A stretch of DNA of 64,000 nt from Octopus vulgaris. Taxonomy: Eukaryota. Under the pieces are notes generated by a model. The model did not search any database, was not told the DNA's origin, and saw nothing but the letters and a program-made list of their open reading frames with translations. Both the position numbers and the translations under genes were made by a program. Positions within the stretch are counted from its first letter, which is position 1; every line of letters begins with the position of its first letter. Shown in pieces: positions 13,653-27,262 of the stretch. The DNA lies in assembly GCA_951406725.2 (NCBI GenBank), contig OX597826.1, forward strand, positions 27,280,001 through 27,344,000. Direction: 5' to 3'.

Positions 13653-13685
13653 TTGACATTTCGAGCATAGCTCTTCGTTAGAGAG
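13653..13685 (-). ncRNA. Degenerate minimal hammerhead motif in a dispersed repeat
   Basis: Minus strand CTAACGA-a-gagc tat gctc-GAAA-t-GTC; core mutated. Confidence 0.4.
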
Positions 13686-14312
13686 AAAAAGCGAAAAGTC
13701 CAAAGAAGAAAAAGAAGTCGCCAACACGGCACATGTTTAGTTACACACACACACATACATTTATACATTTATATATATGTATATCTTTGTGCGGGTATAT
13801 ATATATATATATATAGGGGAGAGAGAAAAAGACATACCATTAGAAGTCATTTAGCATGTACTAGAAAATTCTTGCGTCTTGGTACCCAATAGCATTGTCA
13901 AACTCATTTATATCGGATGGATTTCATATGCAGTAGTAACGAACTATATTTTGCTATGGTAACGTATTTCTACTTCAAATTAAAAGTGTTCGAAATAACA
14001 TAATCTAATAGAGAGACAAAGTCATAAATATTACAGCTCTGAGAAAGACGCCAATGACATCCTTCGATATCTGCTCATAGAAGTGGTTTCCAGACAAGTG
14101 GTTTTGAAAATGACAGGATGAAATCATGTTAGAAATAAAATGGCAAATAGCATATTGCAGAGTTCTTCAGGGAACAAAGTAAAACAAGGAAACATTGCAC
14201 GGTAATTAATTAAATGCTATATATTTGTTTAATTGTAGTGTAATTGGCAACAGCCTTTATAACAAATTTCATATATATTTATATATATACTTTTATTATT
14301 CTATTCTTTTAT

Positions 14313-14697
14313 TTGTTTTAGTCATTTGACTGCCGCCATGCTGGATCACCGGCTTTAGTGGACCTGTTCCTTGTAAGTCTGCTCCAGAACTTATTATTTT
14401 TAAGCCTAGTACTTATTCTATCTGTCTCTTTTACCGAACCGATTAACGGGGACATAAACACACCAGCATCGGTTGTCAAGCGATGATGGTGGGACAAATA
14501 CAAACACACACACACACACACACACACACGCATGCGACGGGCTTTTTTCAGTTTCGTCTACCAAATCTACTCACAAGGATTTGGTCGGCCCGAGGTTATA
14601 GTAGAATACACTTGCCCAAGCTACAACGCAGTCGGACTGAACCCGAAACCATGTGGTTGGTGAGCAACCTACTCGCCACACAGCCACGCCTGCGCCT
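14313..14697 (-). mobile_element. tRNA-derived SINE, third family, with internal (CA)n
   Basis: Minus-strand head aggcgcaggcgtggctgtgtgg...gggttcagtcc; same body as 16748-17050, 26665-27058, 59105-59478 and 63878-64000. Confidence 0.9.
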
Positions 14698-15024
14698 AAG
14701 AACAGTTGGTTGGTCTCTAGAGCATTTCCGTAATTAGCACTATTTACGAACTCATAATTACTATACTTTTTCTAGATATATTGGCGATTCCTGTTTTACT
14801 TTAGCACTTGTTTTATTTTACTACCATTTATACACCATGGTACCCCCATATAAAGGGATAACCCACAAATTATTTCACGAGTTCAATTGCTAGTTCACTC
14901 TTTTGCCTATCGATTTCATGCTTCACATTGCAAAGTGGTATGATTCTAATATATTGAGCCTTCTGGCACCATCTCGACGCCCTTTCTTACCTCTTCCCTC
15001 CTCCCTTCTTTTATGTATTTGTAT

Positions 15025-15142
15025 TCACACTGATGAAGCCCCATGTACTAGATCGAAAGTGCTATAAAGATGATGAATATTATTTTCGGAATTTTCTTTG
15101 TAAATACCGACTGACATTGGCGGCCGAAACAGCCGTAAGAAA
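15025..15142 (+). ncRNA. Hammerhead-like motif with very long stem II insert, degenerate
   Basis: CTGATGA-agccccatgt...(about 70 nt)...acattggcggcc-GAAAC-agcc-GTA; stem I poorly paired. Confidence 0.45.
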
Positions 15143-15612
15143 TGTTATGTTATGCTTTGTATTGAAAAATAATTAACCGACGCTGGCCATTTTTTTTGTT
15201 TGTTCATCAAAGGTTTTCTTCATTTTCTGATTATTTAAATTTGGTTCCTGATAAACTTTTGCTTATTCTGTTTTTACCTATACCCTATGAGCATAGTCTG
15301 CTTGCATACCCATGCCCAGGGATAGCACAAGTAAGTGATACCGATAGGAAATACGAATATTCTTACTCCACAGACGGTTATTCCAGTCACTAACTCTGTT
15401 TACCTTATATAATACATACATATACACAAACACACACACGTATATATATATGCTTTTAATACACGTTAAAATAAAATCAATTTAACATTAAGCTAAATCA
15501 TTACTCAAATCATTTTGTAGAGTACATATTACATTCGACTGTTTGATGAAGTTTACCAGGCAAAAGCCTCAAGCGTTCGAAGTCACAGTTTCTATTATTC
15601 TTGTAATATATA

Positions 15613-15684
<72 letters not shown>

Positions 15685-15981
15685 CATACTCATATATACA
15701 CACACAATACAGACACAAGTGTGTATGTGTGTATGTGTGTGAGATCAACAGATTTGTCGTGAGATATTGTTGATGAAAGGCGCGGTTATGGCCAAAAGCA
15801 GGGCTGTTGCTTGGCACTGGAAACATCAGTCGTTGGAGCACAAGCGCAAACTTATCGATCTCGGGCAAGACGAAACCTAGAGCGTCGATAGGTTTACCAA
15901 ATTTCCACGGAGGATGATGCAGATGTTGAATTCAAGACTATGTATGTAATGCAATCAAGGTAGAGATGACAGAAGAGATAT

Positions 15982-16220
15982 ATGGCTTAGTGGTTATGTG
16001 TTGAATTCATGATCGTAAGACTGTGGTTTCGATTCTTGAAACGGGCGGCGCGTTGTGTTCTTGAGTAAAACAGTTCAATTCACGTTGCTACTGTCCACTC
16101 CGCTGGTAAAAATGAGTAATCCGGCGACCCGTCAAGGTTGGAAATATATACGCCACTGAAACCGGGAATCCGGCCCCTATGAGCCGACCCCTATAAGCCG
16201 GCCTCTGTGAGCCGGCATGA
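15982..16220 (+). mobile_element. tRNA-derived SINE variant
   Basis: A box tggcttagtgg, B box gtttcgattc; 3' part gaaaccggg...ccggccc.tatgagcc shared with 37562-37835. Confidence 0.7.
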
Positions 16221-16594
16221 GATGATAATTTTAACTTCACCGTGATATAGAGATGTAAAACCATGACGAAGAAGAGAAAGCTACATCTCTTCTCATCTAT
16301 AGTAAACCAAGAGCAATCTACGACCGTGAAATGGCTGAACGTTTTCTATTGCACGCTCTCTCAATCTTCACTATCACGTACATGCTTGTCCTACACACTT
16401 ATACGCTCACACATATTATACACACATACGTACACATGCTTGCTCACACAAACTTTTGCCAGGTTACTGTTGTTCCCCTTTCCATTCAATCATTACCCTA
16501 CCGGTCAACTGAACCTGCGAAACCGTTAATCAAGCCACATGTTTTTTTCTGTTCGTTTTCTTTCCTCTCCCCACATTGTTTTCTTTTCTCATTC

Positions 16595-16632
16595 CTTCCT
16601 GTAGAAGAACGAGGGTTCGAAAAGCAAAATAC
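16595..16632 (+). ncRNA. Degenerate minimal hammerhead motif
   Basis: CTGTAGA-a-gaac gagg gttc-GAAA; same layout as 13653 and 27225. Confidence 0.35.
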
Positions 16633-16747
16633 TTTTACAGTCTTCCTGAGTATAATTACACACACACATATGTATATAGATATATAGATTCACACACACA
16701 CACACAAAATATTAATATATATTCTTTTATGCTGTTATTATTTTAAC

Positions 16748-17050
16748 TTGTTTCGTACCCCAGGATTTATTCTTTGTAAGCTTAGTAATTATTCTATCGG
16801 TACGTTTTGCCGAACCGCCAAGAAACGCGGACGTGAACACACCTACATCAGTTGTCAAGCGATGGTGGTGCTATGGGGACAAACACAGGTACGAAAACAT
16901 ATACATATATATATACGACGGACTTCTTTCAATTTCCATCTACCAAATCCACTTGCAAGGATTTGGTCGGCGGAAGTTACCACGCACTGGCAGTGAACCC
17001 GGAATCATGTGCATGGGAAGTAAGCTTCTTACCACACAGCCATGCCTGCG
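16748..17050 (-). mobile_element. tRNA-derived SINE, third family, degraded
   Basis: Matches 14313-14697. Confidence 0.8.
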
Positions 17051-17053
17051 ACT

Positions 17054-17119
<66 letters not shown>

Positions 17120-17139
17120 AAAATTAAAATGGCGGTGAA

Positions 17140-17481
17140 AAATTGGATATAATTTGATAACATCAATTTTAACACTAGTGGTCTAGCATATAAAAAACGG
17201 AGGTTCAGTAAATAGTATTACATATCATATGTAAATATAAAAGGGAATATTACCACTATGTGGAACCCTTATGCTAGAAGAAGATCCGCTATGGTCTTAA
17301 CCACTAAGAATTGTTATCTAGAAAATTTTGCAAACACCAGAAACGTAAGCGAACATTTGTCTTGCTCGCTTACGTTTCTGGTGTTTGCAAAATTTTCTAG
17401 AGAACAATTCTTAGTGGTTAAGACCATAGCGGATCTTCTTCTAGCATAAGGGTTTCCACAGAGTAGTAAAATTCCCTCATA

Positions 17482-17490
<9 letters not shown>
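17140..17490 (-). mobile_element. Foldback element: inverted repeat 17229-17490 plus unpaired tail, in (TA)n
   Basis: About 94-bp nearly perfect inner arms around a 13-nt loop (17353-17365), extending imperfectly to about 125 bp; same architecture as 11821-12430 and 31152-31427. Confidence 0.75.
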
Positions 17491-17529
<39 letters not shown>

Positions 17530-18656
17530 TATATTATTCAAAGGAATTCCAATGCTGTCTGTTTTTTATGTTTTATTTATATTCTTTATAATATCAATGT
17601 AGAATATAGTATATATAGTATATATATAGTAAAATGAAAAGGAGTATCGATTGCCTTATTGAATAGATGAAATACTGAATATCAAATATTAAGGGACTAG
17701 TATACTTTCTTGCATTAAAGCAGTCTCCAAGGTCCAAGGTTATGACAGAAGTATATATATATATATAGTTATATATATATATACACGCATATAAATATTT
17801 ATGTAAAAAACGTTTGCAAGTTATACAATAAATTGAAAACCAATTATTTCATTTTCAGAACGTAATATGTAAATGAAAATATATTGTATGTACGTATACA
17901 ACAAATTCGTATGTGTATGCATGTGTATTCATATATGTGTATATATACACGCACATAATATATAAATATATATATTAAAGTATGTATTCTCGATCGTTTA
18001 CGTTGCGTAGATTATTATTAGAATACATTACACTGGCATTACCCATAATACTTCCGATTCTCATTACACATAATGAGAAGACATTTTACTCGCCTTCCTT
18101 CCTTCCTTCCTTCTTTTTTTCCTTCTCATTTCTTACGTCTCCCCATTCCTCTTCATTCTCGCTTTCTTTCATTCAATCTCTTCTGTTTTTTTTTTCTTGA
18201 TATATATCTTTCAGACACGATCTTTCACCTTCCTTTAAAGTCATCGCCGTCGATTTTTTTTCCTCCGTATTAGTTACGTGAAAGGTATGCGTTAGGCAAC
18301 ATCAAGATTATATCTTTTGCTTTTCAATCTATATATTATTTCACCTATGTTTTTCTTCCTGTCTAATTTTGTTTATAAATCATTTATATATTTAATTGCA
18401 TTTGTGTTTGATTTGAGGATTATGCTCCTCCCAAACTTCGTCCTTCATCCTTCACTCTCTCCTTCCCACGAATAGTCTCAGAAGTCCTCGCAAATGGTCA
18501 TAGGTACTGCCTTCCTTCTTGAAGAGATATTAAATGATAATAAAACAAAGCAGAATAAGATTTAATTCTATACATACTTACAAATATACATCCATCCATA
18601 CATACATACATATGGATATTTGTATACATATACACAAATATATATAAATATTTATA

Positions 18657-18693
<37 letters not shown>

Positions 18694-18712
18694 TTTTATA
18701 CATATCTATAGG

Positions 18713-18766
<54 letters not shown>

Positions 18767-19196
18767 ATACACATTTATATACACAGATATACATTATATA
18801 TACACACACATAATTTTTACATATATACATTCTAAAGATATACTCACAAATACGTGCTTAATTGTGTGTGCATTTGTATACATAAATAAATACATACAAG
18901 TATACCCATAAATATATGTATATATATATACAAACACACACACAAATATAGGTATATATATATATATAATTTTCGTTTGTTATATCACATTTTCTCTTTA
19001 TTCTCTCTATACCCGCTCACCATTCCACGGCAAATGTGTTTACGTATCTATGTGTGTATATGTATGTGTGTGTGTGTGTGTGCGTGCGTGTGTGAATGTG
19101 TGTGTACGTGCTCTTGTATGTAATGGCGTATGTGGTGTAATTGTATTTGTATGCACACTTATCTATACGAACATATGTACATAATTACATCCGCTA

Positions 19197-19249
<53 letters not shown>

Positions 19250-19331
19250 AGAGAGAGAGAGAGAGAGACAGAGAGACAGAGACAGGGAGAGAGATTTTAG
19301 TATAAGTGGATAAATACACAAAAACGCATAC

Positions 19332-19383
<52 letters not shown>

Positions 19384-20294
19384 GTACACATATGCATATA
19401 TACATAACGTATATTAATTTATAAATAATGTGTATATAATAACTAATTGTATACACTGCACTCTTTATTCGCTTCGCATAAAAATAGAGAAATAAATATA
19501 AATAAAATAGCAGATCGATTTGTTTGTCTTTTTTGATGTATAATATATATTAATCAACGTGATCAGACTTTTTGATTTCTAATGTTATAGAAATAGATGG
19601 TTTATTTGTTTATTCATTGATTGATTCTACCGAATATCATTGGAAGTAGTAGAGAAATTAATAATTACTATCGGGTATTGAAACCGCATCACTAATATTT
19701 ATAATTAATTTCACTAACATAGCAATGCTTTTAATCATATATATATCAAAAATACATATGTGTGAGTGTAAATGTGCGCGCGTGTATGTATTTTATTGTG
19801 TGTGTATGTATGTATTTGTGTGGGTGTATGTATGCGACAGTGTGTGTATAAATACATACAAACACGACGGGTTACTGATAGTTCCTGGCTTTGGATAAAA
19901 GAAAATATAGGAAGATTAGCTAATTAATGATTATATATATATATATATATTGCTGTCGTAAGCACTATATTATTTGCACCAGTAATACCCAACCATCGAA
20001 TTCAGAATCTATCTAAGTCTAGAACTTTGTCCATTGTTCTCGTTGTAGTCTTGGATATATTTAGGTGTCACATATTCATATTTGGTTGGAATAGGATTTA
20101 TCCTTTAGTGATATATGCAACTGTGTTTTCCTATTTTAACGGTTAACAGTAGTAAGCGGTGAAATAAATATAATCATATTAGAACAAGATATTATACAGG
20201 TAGTTTGGATAAATCCCAATTGTTTCCTCTTGAAGCATATCTGCTTATTCCATTATTACAATACAATATGTAGTCTCAGATAGATAGATAGAAT

Positions 20295-20359
<65 letters not shown>

Positions 20360-21075
20360 GTTTCTTTATTAGCCACACAGGGCTGCACACAGATGGGACA
20401 AATTACAAGGTAGAGCTTTTCTTTTTGGGAATGAAATAAAAAAGTGAGGTAGGTTTTCGATCAAAAGGGATCGTAAAAGGGAAAAAAGAAAAAAAGAAAA
20501 GAAGGAACAGAAACAAAAGAAAGGAAAAAAGAAAAAAGAAGAAAAAAGGAAAAAAAACGATCAATAGGGATCGTGTATCACAGTGTCATGATGTACGGTG
20601 TAAAGGGGGAAGCAGATAAGGTTTATCCGTGGGAAGAAAAGCCTACGGAAAAGACCCCGGTAACTTCGGTCAATATTGTTACATGTTACCACATTTGTTT
20701 GCAAGTGGGTAACCCTCTGTTTTCAATTTCTGGGTTCATAGGATTATGCTCAAGGTGGCTTCGTCATTCATACGTGCCATCCTTGCTACATTCACCCATC
20801 TATTTTTTAAACGTTCGCTAGACAAAACTTGCCTCTGTACCCTCACTTTCCTTTTCAAGAGATACTTGAAGAAGTTGATGAAAGATTGACCAGAGAGGAA
20901 AGTGTTTGTCTCCAATCCTTTCAGACGCGTCCACCAGATACATTCTTTCGCCATAGCCACAAGGATGATGAAAATAGCTCTTTCTTCCCGTTTGAAGGAA
21001 GGGGGCGTGACAATATTGACGATAGACTCAGCTGATAAACTGACTCGTCCCACACGTGACAGCAGTTGTACGACA
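20360..21075 (-). mobile_element. 5'-truncated L1/Tx1-like LINE (ORF2 C-terminus plus 3' UTR) in (GATA)n
   Basis: ORF 20736-21053 (...VAMAKECIWWTR...) resembles the L1/Tx1 ORF2 tail; T-rich UTR; ends AATAAAGAAAC directly against (CTAT)n. Confidence 0.65.
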
Positions 21076-21092
21076 TAGATAGAAAGAACGAC

Positions 21093-21161
<69 letters not shown>

Positions 21162-21162
21162 C

Positions 21163-21201
<39 letters not shown>

Positions 21202-21369
21202 TAAATAAATAAATATATATATATATATATAAATAGATTGATCGATAGATAGATAGATAAATAAATAAATAAATAAATAAATATATATATATATATATAG
21301 ATAGATAGATAGATAGATAGATACGCCATTACATACAAGAGCACGTACACAAACATTCACACACGCACG

Positions 21370-21411
<42 letters not shown>

Positions 21412-21538
21412 CGTAAACACATTTGTCGTGGTATGGTGAGCGGGTATAGAGAGAATAAAGAGAAAATGTGATATAACAAACGAAAATTTTATAGATAGGT
21501 AGATAGAAAGAAAGCTAGATAGATAGATATATAGATAA

Positions 21539-21964
21539 GTTTCTTTATTGGCCACACAGGGCTGCACACAGATGGGACAAGTTACAAGGTAGAGCTTTTC
21601 TTTTGGGGGATGAAAAAAACAAAAAACAAAAGAAACAAAAAAAGGGGGTGGCGTAGGTTTTCGATCAAGAGGGATCGTAAAAGGGAAAAGAACAAAAAAA
21701 AAATAAAATAAAAAATAAAAAATAAAAATAAAAAAAAGAAGGAAAGGAAAAGGAACAAAAGAAAAGAAAAATGAAAAAAGAGGAAAAAAGGGGAAGAGAA
21801 AAAAACGATCAATAGGGATCGTGTATCACAGTGTTATGATATATGGTGTAAAGGGGAAAGCAAGTAAGGTTTATCCGTGGGCAGAGAAGCCTACGATAAA
21901 GAACACTGTGACCTTGGTCAATATTGTTATATGTTACCACATTTGTTTGCAAGTGGGTAACCCT
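21539..21964 (-). mobile_element. Second 3' UTR copy of the same LINE in (GATA)n
   Basis: Closely similar to 20360-20715; both junctions abut GATA repeats. Confidence 0.75.
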
Positions 21965-21978
21965 AGATAGATAGATAT

Positions 21979-22312
21979 GTTTCTTTATTAGCCACACAGG
22001 GCTGCACACAGATAGAACAAATTACAAGGTAGAGCTTTTCTTTTGAAGGTTTAAAAAAAAATAAAAAAAAAGAAGGGGGAGTTTCGATCAAAAGGGATCG
22101 TAAAAGGAGAGAAAGAGGACAAAAAAAGGGGGTTAAAAAAAAAGGGGGAGAGGGAAAAAAAATTGATCAATAGGGATCGTTATCACAGAAATGTCAATAT
22201 GAAGTGTAAAGGGGAGGACAGGTGAGGTTTACCCGTGGAAAGAAAAGCCTACGGAAAAGACCACGGTAACCTCGGTCAATGGAGTCACATGTTATATTTC
22301 TTTTTTTTTTTG
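21979..22312 (-). mobile_element. Third 3' UTR copy (related subfamily) in (GATA)n
   Basis: Same 3' terminus, diverged interior, GATA repeats on both sides. Confidence 0.75.
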
Positions 22313-22313
22313 C

Positions 22314-22344
<31 letters not shown>

Positions 22345-23384
22345 TATAGATAGATAGATAGATAGATATGTATATTGTTGGCGTCGTGAATAAATTGTTA
22401 ACTTTAGGGAGGGGCTTGGAATATTTTTTTTTTGGAATAGCATATCTCGAAGTACACGCATAAGGCTTTAAAGAAGAACATGTACATATTGGGCTGAAAA
22501 GATTTTTGGATTGCAAAAGTTGGAGGATGCAAGTGATTCTTGAACCTACACCTCCTGTACACGATTTTGTCTCTGTTAGTCAACTTCTAATTCTTTACAT
22601 CTTGGACTCACTTAGCTTCGTTGTTCGGTAAAAGACCGGTTGACCTATGTTAGACGCACTTGCCACTGAGTAAATTACAAATGAATAATGTTTACGGATA
22701 GATGTACCTTTAGTGTCGAAGCATTACACTTTCATATAAACACGCAATCATGTTATGAATGTGAGGAAATATATATGGCAATAGATGTTCAAATATATTT
22801 ATATATATGGGAGTGGGGTTTTACGGTTCGTCCGTTATGTAACGGCGAAGTATTCTGCGTGGGCTTAAGAAAAATAGTAGATATACAAATAATACCAGCA
22901 GGTTCATTGGCAAAACAGGAGAAAAATATGCCATGTCAGACAACCCCCATGCCTAAAGAAGAGTAAAAATATGGAGCAAAGATAACAAATGACAAAGAAG
23001 TGTACAAGGACAGTAAGTAGGCCAAAGAAAGACACAGAAAAGAACTTAAACTTTCGGCTGATAGTTTTTTATGAAAGAGAAGTTAAAGGATTAAGAAATG
23101 TATGAGTAGGACAAAGAGAAATAGCGTACGATACCGAATTTGTGACGTTTCATTACATTTTAGTAGCAGTCTTGGCGTGTTCATGAGAGAATTTACAGGT
23201 AATTCCTTTTACAAACACTAACATCGATGTGAATATAACCACAGACCCAAGCCCTCGTCAACTTCCTCCCACAATAAGTGAGAAGTAACAAAACCTCTCT
23301 ACTCCCCAAGTACTGGCTCACAAATTTGCAAGCCTCCTCAGGGGTGTCAGACAGCAATCAGACCGTTGCATATTTGACCACCCC

Positions 23385-24355
23385 CTGGAGATGAATTTAA
23401 TAGATGGTAGATACTCTGCCAACTCCCTTTCAATATCAATCTTTTCAAATAGGGCGATGGTGTCGAGCGTCTTGGAGTATGTCCTCAACACCACCGTCTT
23501 CTATTCAAAGTCTTTCAACCACCCTTTGGGCAGGGCAATTTCCCACTCCAAAATATTGTCCTTGTTTTTTACCCTGTTTTTCTTTTGCAACAAAAAGTCC
23601 AAAACAGTTCAAAAAACATTCCCAAAAAAAAAGAAGGAAGAAAAAGAAAGAAATCAAAAGAAAGTCACAACAAAAAGGAAGGAAGAAAAAAAAGAAAACA
23701 GTTCTAGAAAAGAGGAAGTCACGAAAAAAGATAGAAGAAGGAAAAAAAACAGTCTGCAGTTAGAAAAAAGATCAGCAAGCAAAAGATCTTCTGGCCACTA
23801 AGGTAATCCAGGCTTATTTGGTTATCCAATACGAACCCCGAACGCCACAGCTGTTACACAGCTTCCACAAGATTAGTAAAGATGTTGTTCTATCTTCGTT
23901 GAACTCTCGCTATTATTTGAAAAAAACTATTCAGTGAACAAGGTTTTGGAGGCGAGATACGCCCCCAAAACAATAATTCTCACATTTAGTGAAAAATACT
24001 ATTCCCTCACCTGCAGGCAGACCAGAATCCAGAATCCAGTAAGGACTTCTTGTTTGTACAAAAAGAATTACGGCAAAAGAAATAACTCTCACTGGAACCC
24101 CCCCCCCCCCCAACCCCCAAAAGACAAACAAAAGTCTTACAGTTGAGTTTCTTTTGCAATCAATTTCGCCCGCTGCAAACCAGCGTGACGACTTCTGTTC
24201 AGTGATACCAACAACACTGACAACACGCATGCGCGGGAAGCAAGCTTCTTGCCGCAGAGCCATCCCTATGCCTATAAAAGTAAGTGGCCAGTAAGCCGCT
24301 TCAGATAATCGAACTCCGTACCTCACAATTTCCGGTTAACTCTTCTGTGCACTCA
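23385..24355 (-). mobile_element. Probable LINE 5' UTR and start of a disrupted ORF1
   Basis: Minus-strand reading NILEWEIALPKGWLKDFE*KTVVLRTYSKTLDTIALFEKIDIERELAEYLPSIKFISRG preceded by a T-rich leader; lies next to the Tx1-like 3' ends. Family assignment is inference. Confidence 0.4.
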
Positions 24356-24411
24356 AACAAAGTGACATATGTATATGCATTTATATATCCATCCATATAC
24401 ATAGATATATA

Positions 24412-24688
24412 TACATTATTTACATTATTTACCTTATTTACATTTGACGGATATTTGTCCTCATCTTGTTTGTTGTTAACACTTTTTATATTCAAGCCAT
24501 ATGGTATTAGCTTTGAGTCTCTACATCTATACAGGAAAGTTAGATGGCTTGAAAGACGAGCTAATTTTTGATGGAGTTTCTCTATATGTCTCCATTGAAG
24601 TATAATGTCGGCTTCGTACCGTCAAATGTAAATAATGTAAATAATGTAAATAATGTACATAATTCCTCATCTCTTAAATATAGAACTA
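24412..24688. mobile_element. Element with 39-bp inverted ends built of (ATTATTTAC)n plus a tail
   Basis: tacattatttac...catttgacgg (24412-24450) versus ccgtcaaatg...taatgta (24619-24657); ends match 61510-61570 and 62623-62668. Confidence 0.7.
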
Positions 24689-25091
24689 TACATATATGTA
24701 ACCTATATCGTAGGTTTGTAGACAGATTTAATTTAGCTAATTTTCCTAAGACAAACAAAAAAATGATGAAGAACGTTATTCGATTTTCGAACAATATTGG
24801 ATTATTCTCGGAGGCGTTTACTCCAATGTGACAAATCCCGGAGAACCTAACAGCCAATCTTATTATGTATTCAACAATTTCAGTAGCTGCAGGAAAGTGT
24901 ACCTACTAGATTGCATACCGTAAGGTTTAAACACTTTATTCAATATCAAGGGTCTGTCAACGAGTCCTCAGTCCGCACGGTATCAAGGTATGATATATGG
25001 AATTATTCTTATCGACAAAAGCCACAAAGTGACTGAAAGTCAGAGAGTAAATTGGTATTTATTTATCATGCTCAGTTTGATAGAGAGGCAT

Positions 25092-25143
<52 letters not shown>

Positions 25144-25251
25144 TAGGGAGAAAGAGTAGTAGTTAAGTAGATATGTAGATAAAGAGAAACATAGTTTGGA
25201 AATTACCATTTTTGAATCTCACAACGTGAGATATTCAGCAACGCTACTTTG

Positions 25252-25418
25252 TAGTAAAGATTGTTTGCCAACATAACACGGCAGTCCTGGTTTCGAAAAT
25301 ATAAGGACAAAGATCGTGTCGTATAGCCAGTTGGAGACGGTGTCTCCTGGGGCTAAATTACAGCAACATTAGTCCTAAATCAGGACTGCCTTGTTATGTT
25401 GGCAAACAATCTTTACTA
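25252..25418. mobile_element. MITE with about 40-bp TIRs and TA flanks
   Basis: tagtaaagattgtttgccaacataacacggcagtcctggttt versus aaatcaggactgccttgttatgttggcaaacaatctttacta. Confidence 0.85.
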
Positions 25419-25489
25419 TATAGATGGTTTGAGAGATAGATAGGCAGACAGACAGTTAAGTAGACAGACAGACAGAGGGACAGACAAAC

Positions 25490-25594
<105 letters not shown>

Positions 25595-26378
25595 GACATC
25601 CCAACGGACAGACAGATAGATATAGATGTGTACTTGTATTTGTGAACATACAGTGTTTCTCGGATAGCGAAGAATAAGATGCGATGAACTGACTGAAGAA
25701 CTCATACTCTGATAAGCAGACAAAGATATACGCCACAATTCAATATAACCAACAACAACCCCCAACTACGCCGCCAACCTAAACACCAACTGCACCCCCA
25801 GCCATAAACACTACACCAGAATAATCGAACGCTGAAATTATCGACTGTTTACTTAAATCAATCACACAAACGAGAAACAACTTAAAACATTATTAACAAA
25901 GAAAAACAAAAAAAAGCAAAAACAAAACACTAACATCAAAGAAGAAAAAGAAGAACAACAACAATAACAACTACAGCAATTACAAACAATCTTAGAAAGC
26001 AAGCAATTAGTATAACATTAAACCTAAGTAGTGAATCCTTAATTAGAAAGATACAGTTGCGTTCATGTTGCGTCTTAATCTGTGCGAAAATCCACTTTCT
26101 TCTCATTATTTATCTCGATTGTGCTATAAGTTGATAGTGTTCTTAAACACTTAACTCCCTTGTTGCACTCTTCACTACCTTCATGCTCGCCTCCTTTTCA
26201 TTCTTCGACTCTTCCCAGGCCTCTTCCCTACTCTCTTTCTCCCTAGTTAGCTGCTTACCTTTTTTCTCTCGAAATCTTTCTCAATGTTTCATCTTCTTTT
26301 GCTGATGGAACTTTCTTTCCTTAGCCGGACTGTTTGTTTGTTTCTTTCTTTCTTTCTATCTTTCTTCCTTTCTTTCCT

Positions 26379-26438
<60 letters not shown>

Positions 26439-26640
26439 TTTCTTCCTTTCGTTCTTCTTTCTTTCTTTTCTCTCTTCTCTCTTGCTTTATTCTTTTCTTT
26501 CTCTCTTCTTTCTTTCTTTCTTCTGCGTTTTGCATTCTCTGTCTCTGAATATTTGTCTGAGTCTGCATGCATTTGTTTGTGTGTGTGTATGTGTATGTGT
26601 GTATAAATCTCTTTCTATACACACACACGCACATCCATAT

Positions 26641-26856
26641 ACTCTTTACTCTTTACTCTTTTACTTGTTTTAGTCATTTGACTGCGGCCATGCTAGAGCA
26701 CCGCATTTAGTCGAGCAAATCGACCCCGGGACTTATTCTTTGTAAGTCCAGTACTTATTCTATCGGTCTCTTTTGCCGAACCGCTCCGTGACGGGGACGT
26801 AAACACACCAGCATCGGTTGTCAAGCAATGCTAGGGGGACAAACACAGACACACAA

Positions 26857-26891
<35 letters not shown>

Positions 26892-27058
26892 CATACATAT
26901 ATGCGACAGGCTTCTTTCAGTTTCCGTCAACCAAATCCACTCACAAGGCATTGGTCGGCCTGGGGCTATAGCAGAAGACTTTTGCCCAAGATGCCACGCA
27001 GTGGGACTGAACCTGGAACCATGTGGTTGGTTAGCAAGCTACTTACCACACAGCCACT
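26641..27058 (-). mobile_element. tRNA-derived SINE, third family, well preserved, with short tandem 3' tail
   Basis: Full body plus (TAAAGAG)n tail on the minus strand. Confidence 0.9.
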
Positions 27059-27224
27059 ATATATATTTATACACAGAGAGGTACAGAGAGAGAGAGACTA
27101 CAAGTAAAAGAGAGAGAGAGAGAGGAAGATAGCGGAAAGACAAAGACAGAGAGAGAGAAATCTCGTATGTTTTGTTACACGAAGGTTTCTCTTCTTTATT
27201 ACTCTCCTCCCATATGTCTATCCG

Positions 27225-27262
27225 ATTTTCTGAAGAAGAGCCTCAGATCGAAATATCTAAGA
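27225..27262 (+). ncRNA. Degenerate minimal hammerhead motif
   Basis: CTGAAGA-a-gagc ctca gatc-GAAA-t-ATC; stems weak. Confidence 0.35.

Noticed and set aside
26259-26330. Minus-strand donor AG|gtaagc with open reading KKVPSAKEDETLRKISREK
   Set aside because: Upstream sequence is purine-rich (GAAA)n with no usable acceptor.
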